Shown here in pieces: positions 59,848-64,000 of a stretch of 64,000 nt of DNA (position 1 is the stretch's first letter; every line of letters starts with the position of its first letter). The notes below the pieces were generated by a model, which was given only the letters and a program-made list of their open reading frames with translations, was not told the DNA's origin and searched no databases. Source of the stretch: Candidatus Ozemobacteraceae bacterium (GTDB taxonomy: Bacteria > Muiribacteriota > Ozemobacteria > Ozemobacterales > Ozemobacteraceae); assembly GCA_965140445.1 (NCBI GenBank), contig OZ223236.1:160001-224000 (forward strand). The letters run 5' to 3'. Both the position numbers and the translations under genes were made by a program.

Positions 59848-61244
59848 AATTTTTTATCTATCTCTTCATCAAAAAGAAAAAGAATCTGTTCCATTACATA
59901 GAATAAAACATACAGACTGAGTCCAGCAAGTACTATTACACCTAAACTCATTAGTAAGCCACCCATAAATGAAAGTTCAGTCAAATTTGTTACTAAAACC
60001 ATCCCCCAGGACGGATTGCTTCTGAAATTAAAATCCTTAAGTGGGAAATGATAAAAAATAGAATCGCGACCATTTTCATTCCTCACCAATGCCCCCGATT
60101 TACCTTCAAGAGCTTTAAAAACAGCTGGATTTGAAAGTTTCATGTTTACCTGATTAACGATCATTTTCCGATCTGCATAGCCAATAACAATTCCATCTTC
60201 ATCTACAACAAGGAGACTTTGGCCCTTTTTTGAGCTAATCTTTTTCGAGATTTCACTTAAAAAGGCCAAATCCACTCTCGCAACTAATGCACCAACCGCC
60301 TCTCGATTTTGGTCCCTTATTGGAACGGCGGCTTCCCATATTGGTCGCCCCAGATTTTCATCAAAAGATACCGGGCCAGCCCAAAAAACTTTGCCACGAC
60401 GAATCGCTTTTACTGAACCAAGATTTCCAAAACTATATGGAACACTGACCTCTGAAACCTCGGCCTGCTTTTTCCCTTCAAGATTTACAATGGTTAGAGT
60501 TCTTATATAATCTCGATCGTTCATTGAAGCTGCCAGCAAATTTTCTGCTTCATGGGGAAAGCTAAGTTTCAGTTCACCGCCCAAAATGTTGTTTTCGATA
60601 AAAAGAGCAAGCCTTCCACATTTATTCTTCCATATAACTAATTTTTCTTTGATCTTTTCAATTGATTCCCGAACTGAAAAAACCGACAGTAATCCAATGC
60701 TATCAAGCCCACCAGACTCTTCCAGAGCGGTATCTTCTTCGACATCATCCGGATAGAAAATGTTTCCAAGCCCAGATTGAAAAACAATTCTTCTTCCCGC
60801 AGCAAATGGCATTTCCAGCCAATAAGCCAGATTATTTTGCCCACGCAAAGATTCATAAATAGCTTGATTAACAAATGGCCTGTAGGCATCAAGACAATCT
60901 AAAATCCAATCAAACAAATTACCAACTGCTTTACCAAATCGGGATTTTTCCGGAACGACACTCAGCCTTTGAAATTTCTTTACCGGTGGCATCTTAGAGA
61001 TAATTTCCAGGGAATTCCTTACTGCATTTACCGAGCTTGAAATTTCTCCCTGGATGAGAGAAAGAGTTATTTTAGCTCCCTCAATACTTTGTTTTTTACT
61101 TTCAACTTGATTTTGATGCATCCACAGCACTGACGCCCCGGAAATAACTACAAACAAAACTCCGAAAACAAGCTTTACAAAAAGCTTGCATAGAGATTTT
61201 GAAAAAAAACTTATTTTTTTTTCATTTTTTACTAATGTTTCCAT
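59844..61244 (-). CDS. Two-TM membrane protein with a dCache-like domain and no cytoplasmic output domain
   Basis: Cache motifs AVPIRD....VGALVA.VDL..L, LVVD.DG.VI...D and WG.V; tail of about 15 aa after TM2. Confidence 0.75.
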   Translation of the reverse strand: METLVKNEKKISFFSKSLCKLFVKLVFGVLFVVISGASVLWMHQNQVESKKQSIEGAKITLSLIQGEISSSVNAVRNSLEIISKMPPVKKFQRLSVVPEKSRFGKAVGNLFDWILDCLDAYRPFVNQAIYESLRGQNNLAYWLEMPFAAGRRIVFQSGLGNIFYPDDVEEDTALEESGGLDSIGLLSVFSVRESIEKIKEKLVIWKNKCGRLALFIENNILGGELKLSFPHEAENLLAASMNDRDYIRTLTIVNLEGKKQAEVSEVSVPYSFGNLGSVKAIRRGKVFWAGPVSFDENLGRPIWEAAVPIRDQNREAVGALVARVDLAFLSEISKKISSKKGQSLLVVDEDGIVIGYADRKMIVNQVNMKLSNPAVFKALEGKSGALVRNENGRDSIFYHFPLKDFNFRSNPSWGMVLVTNLTELSFMGGLLMSLGVIVLAGLSLYVLFYVMEQILFLFDEEIDKKL

Positions 61245-61303
61245 AAAAAAATGTCGATGTATTAACTAGAACAGGAAAATTATAACTCATCAGGAGGCCC
61301 AAA

Positions 61304-61438
61304 ATGTTGTGTCCACAGTGCAGCGCGCCAATGACAAGAAAATCCCACAATGGTCGACAGACTCCTTACTTCACTCTCAACTGCAACCACTGCAAATTCG
61401 TTATCTTTTACAGAGGTCAGTTCCATACCGAAGAGTAG
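61304..61438 (+). CDS. 44-aa zinc-ribbon small protein (below the ORF-track cutoff)
   Basis: RBS AGGAGG 6 nt before ATG. Sequence MLCPQCSAPMTRKSHNGRQTPYFTLNCNHCKFVIFYRGQFHTEE has CxxC-x20-CxxC. Confidence 0.7.
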   Translation: MLCPQCSAPMTRKSHNGRQTPYFTLNCNHCKFVIFYRGQFHTEE

Positions 61439-61636
61439 TTTATCATCAAGATAGAATAACTAAACATAAAGCAGGTACAATCCTATATTAACGGGCATTT
61501 AAAATCAACCTAAACTACCTGCACAGCAGATTTAACCTATCTGCAAACAGTATTTTTCCCTTTTGGGAAACGATTGTGTGCCAGTTCCAGTTGTGTTAGA
61601 CTTACGCGGCAATTTTAGTTCGTAAAACTGGAGCTG

Positions 61637-62521
61637 GTGATGAAAAAGAACCCACATAGAATTCTGGATATTTTCTACATAGTTTTTGGCGCATTCGCTT
61701 GCGCATTTGGCCTTGTGGCGTTCACGATCCCAAACAAAATTGCTACGGGCGGTTTAAATGGGATAGCAACCATTCTCTTTTACTCAATAAACTTTCCAGT
61801 TGGTGCCACTATTTTAATAGGCAATCTTTTTCTTGTTGCCCTCCAGACTAAAGTAATTGGAAAAAAATCTGCCTGGAAAACCATTTTATCGATAATTTTC
61901 ACGTCTCTTTTTATTGAAGTTCTTATGAACCTCATAAAGCTTCCGCCTCTCACCACAAATCCTGTATTAGCCTGCCTTTATGGAGGAATTCTAATCGGAG
62001 CCGGTGTTGGTTTTACATTTAGAGCAGGCGGAACAACTGGTGGAATAGACATAATAAGCCAGATCTTAAACCATAAATTTCATTTTCCCATTGGAGAAAT
62101 AAATCTAATTTTGAATTGTTTTGTCGCAATTGGAGCAGGGTTTGCTTTTGGACCAGAACTAGCTCTTTACGGACTTCTAACTCTATTTTTCAGCAGCAAG
62201 GTTATCGACACGGTCATCGAAGGTATTGCAGTAAATAGAAATGTTCTCATAATTTCACAGCACTCTGATGAAATTGGTTGGGCCATAATAGAAGATCTGC
62301 ACCGAGGAGTAACCTGCTTAAACGGGTATGGCGTCTATTCTGCCAGACCAACCAACATCCTTATGACCGCCATCAGACGAAGAGAACTTCCCATATTACG
62401 CAGAATAGTTCATTCATTTGACCCAAACGCATTTTTAATTGTTGGAGACGCCAGACAGGTTCTGGGACGCGGTTTTAAAACGCTAACAGATGAGTTAAAA
62501 ATAGAAGAAGATGATAAATAG
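61637..62521 (+). CDS. YitT family membrane protein with C-terminal DUF2179 domain
   Basis: Motifs PN.IATGG..G, GG.L.G.G.G..FR.GGTTGG.DI, RGVT...G.G.YS and DPNAF. Confidence 0.9.
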   Translation: MMKKNPHRILDIFYIVFGAFACAFGLVAFTIPNKIATGGLNGIATILFYSINFPVGATILIGNLFLVALQTKVIGKKSAWKTILSIIFTSLFIEVLMNLIKLPPLTTNPVLACLYGGILIGAGVGFTFRAGGTTGGIDIISQILNHKFHFPIGEINLILNCFVAIGAGFAFGPELALYGLLTLFFSSKVIDTVIEGIAVNRNVLIISQHSDEIGWAIIEDLHRGVTCLNGYGVYSARPTNILMTAIRRRELPILRRIVHSFDPNAFLIVGDARQVLGRGFKTLTDELKIEEDDK

Positions 62522-62589
62522 TTTTAACTTGGTACAAAATCAAATATACTTGTTTAGTAGACAATTATTTTGAAGATGGGATCAAATGA

Positions 62590-64000
62590 ATGACAAATAA
62601 TCCGGTAAGAATTTATACAGCAGGACTTCCAGATGGAGAGCCCTACAGTTCAGTTTTCTTTTCCGAAAGCTTTCTGAAAGTAAAATTTTCTATAGACGAA
62701 GGTATTTCTCCAGAAGAAGAGATCTCTAATGCGATCTTTCTGCTCCAAGAATCTGTTTTAACTGAAAATGTAAACGGCTTTGTAAAAATCTTTTCTCAGG
62801 TTGAAAGAAATGTTCCATTGATAATCATTGGGGAATCTTACAGCCAGGAATATCTGGAAAACCTCTTTCCGAATAGGCCATTCACCTATCTCAAATCAAA
62901 TTTAACCATTGACTCCCTCTGCCATGCAATTGATGATGCAATTCGTGGAGAAACTGTTCACATACCAATCCACGATTTCCAGGCAGAATTGGAAAACGCA
63001 AGAAACAATATCAGAGAACTCCATTCTATCGGAATTGCTCTATCAGCAGAAAATGATCTGGATAAACTCCTTGATCTTATTCTAACTAAAAGTCGCTTGA
63101 TCACCCAGGCTGATGCCGGTAGTCTTTACCTGGTTGAAGGAAAAAACTTAAGATTTAAACTCTCGCAAAATGCATCCCTGGCCTGGTCGGCAAAAGAAAA
63201 CTCACTAATTCCTATTGATTCGAGCAGTATTTCAGGTTATAGCGCTTCTGCAAAAAGCGGTGTAAACATTTTAGATGCCTATTTAACCCCTTCGAGCTTT
63301 CCTTTTACCTTTAACGCTTCATTCGATCAAACCTCCGGCTACAGAACCAAAGCAATCCTTGCCGTGCCTATGAAAAATCACCTGGGAGAGGTTCTTGGGG
63401 TAATTCAGCTGATAAATAAACGACTCGACTTTGATGAGCTGATAATTGGAGAAAAGGTAAAAGAAGAAAATCTTCTACCATTTCGTCATGAAGACACCGA
63501 ACTTCTTTCCAGTCTTGCCTCACAAGCTGCAGTAGCAATTGAGAATGTGAAACTTTATCAGGATATCAAAAACCTTTTTGAAGGATTTGTTAAAGCTTCA
63601 ATCTTCGCAATTGAATCTCGAGACCCAACCACCAAAGGTCACTCAGAAAGGGTCGCCGAGCTCTCAATTTCTCTTGCAAAAGAAATAAATCAACAAAATG
63701 ATGGCCCTTTTGCAAAAAATTATTTTAAGGAAAAGCATCTTACACAGCTTAGATACGCAAGTCTTCTCCATGATTTTGGAAAAGTTGGAGTCAGAGAAGA
63801 AGTCCTGATTAAGGCTAAAAAACTCTTTCCTCACGAACTGGAAAATTTAAAAAATAGATTTAAGTATATAAGAAAATCTATCGAAGCTGATTTCTATCAG
63901 GAATGTTTAAATTTTATTCTTGAAAACGGCGTGGATAGATTTAACATCATTCGCCCATCTCTGGAAGCAGGTTTCAGAGAAAAAATAGATCAGGTTCGCG
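62590..64000 (+). CDS. GAF and HD(-GYP) phosphohydrolase, truncated by the right window edge
   Basis: Not in the ORF track. Manual translation from ATG 62590 gives IGIALSAE.DLDKLL...ADAGSLYL, GV.QLINK, AIESRDPTTKGHSERV and LLHDFGKVG. Confidence 0.85.
   Translation, partial: MTNNPVRIYTAGLPDGEPYSSVFFSESFLKVKFSIDEGISPEEEISNAIFLLQESVLTENVNGFVKIFSQVERNVPLIIIGESYSQEYLENLFPNRPFTYLKSNLTIDSLCHAIDDAIRGETVHIPIHDFQAELENARNNIRELHSIGIALSAENDLDKLLDLILTKSRLITQADAGSLYLVEGKNLRFKLSQNASLAWSAKENSLIPIDSSSISGYSASAKSGVNILDAYLTPSSFPFTFNASFDQTSGYRTKAILAVPMKNHLGEVLGVIQLINKRLDFDELIIGEKVKEENLLPFRHEDTELLSSLASQAAVAIENVKLYQDIKNLFEGFVKASIFAIESRDPTTKGHSERVAELSISLAKEINQQNDGPFAKNYFKEKHLTQLRYASLLHDFGKVGVREEVLIKAKKLFPHELENLKNRFKYIRKSIEADFYQECLNFILENGVDRFNIIRPSLEAGFREKIDQVR

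Noticed and set aside
61309..61491. 60-aa ORF from the track
   Set aside because: Poor SD spacing and no motif; the overlapping frame from 61304 is better supported.
1..64000. CRISPR arrays, IS elements, prophage, rRNA
   Set aside because: No regularly spaced repeats, transposase, integrase or phage genes, or rRNA-like sequence seen.

Overview
AT-rich, gene-dense bacterial chromosomal window of mostly housekeeping, cell-envelope and signalling genes. It has one tRNA and no rRNA, CRISPR array or mobile element. The organism looks diderm (LptF/G permease, beta-barrel proteins ending in Phe) but has Firmicute-like genes and synteny (SLH-anchored OmpM-type porins, TagA, RsbW/RsbV-type pair, tmk...yaaR, spoVG-glmU-prs). 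This suggests a deep-branching diderm such as Ca. Riflebacteria, which is inference only. Left part: partial PLD gene, DUF3999-like and DUF2339 genes, an MCP, a stand-alone Cache protein, an EF-hand repeat protein, a pseudo-TagO/TagA fusion, two tandem SLH-porins, an ADP-ribosylhydrolase, an MBL-fold/cNMP-binding phosphodiesterase and a J-like/TPR/2xCSD protein. Middle: lptF/G-argS-TPR-anti-sigma pair-tmk-DGC-yaaR-rapZ, then spoVG, tRNA-Gln, a short glmU and prs. Right part: an SLH/AMIN-N0 envelope cluster, a GAF-HD-GYP enzyme beside a degenerate YmdB, a sigma54 activator with two Hsp20 genes, a CHASE2-GAF-GGDEF cyclase, an output-less dCache protein, an unannotated 44-aa zinc-ribbon ORF, a YitT-family gene and a partial GAF-HD protein. 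Three genes carry four single-base frameshifts that are probably assembly errors. No single novel system is proven. The best leads are the unusual domain architectures, the pseudo-enzymes and the structured porin leader. All domain calls are from motif recognition by eye, not database searches.
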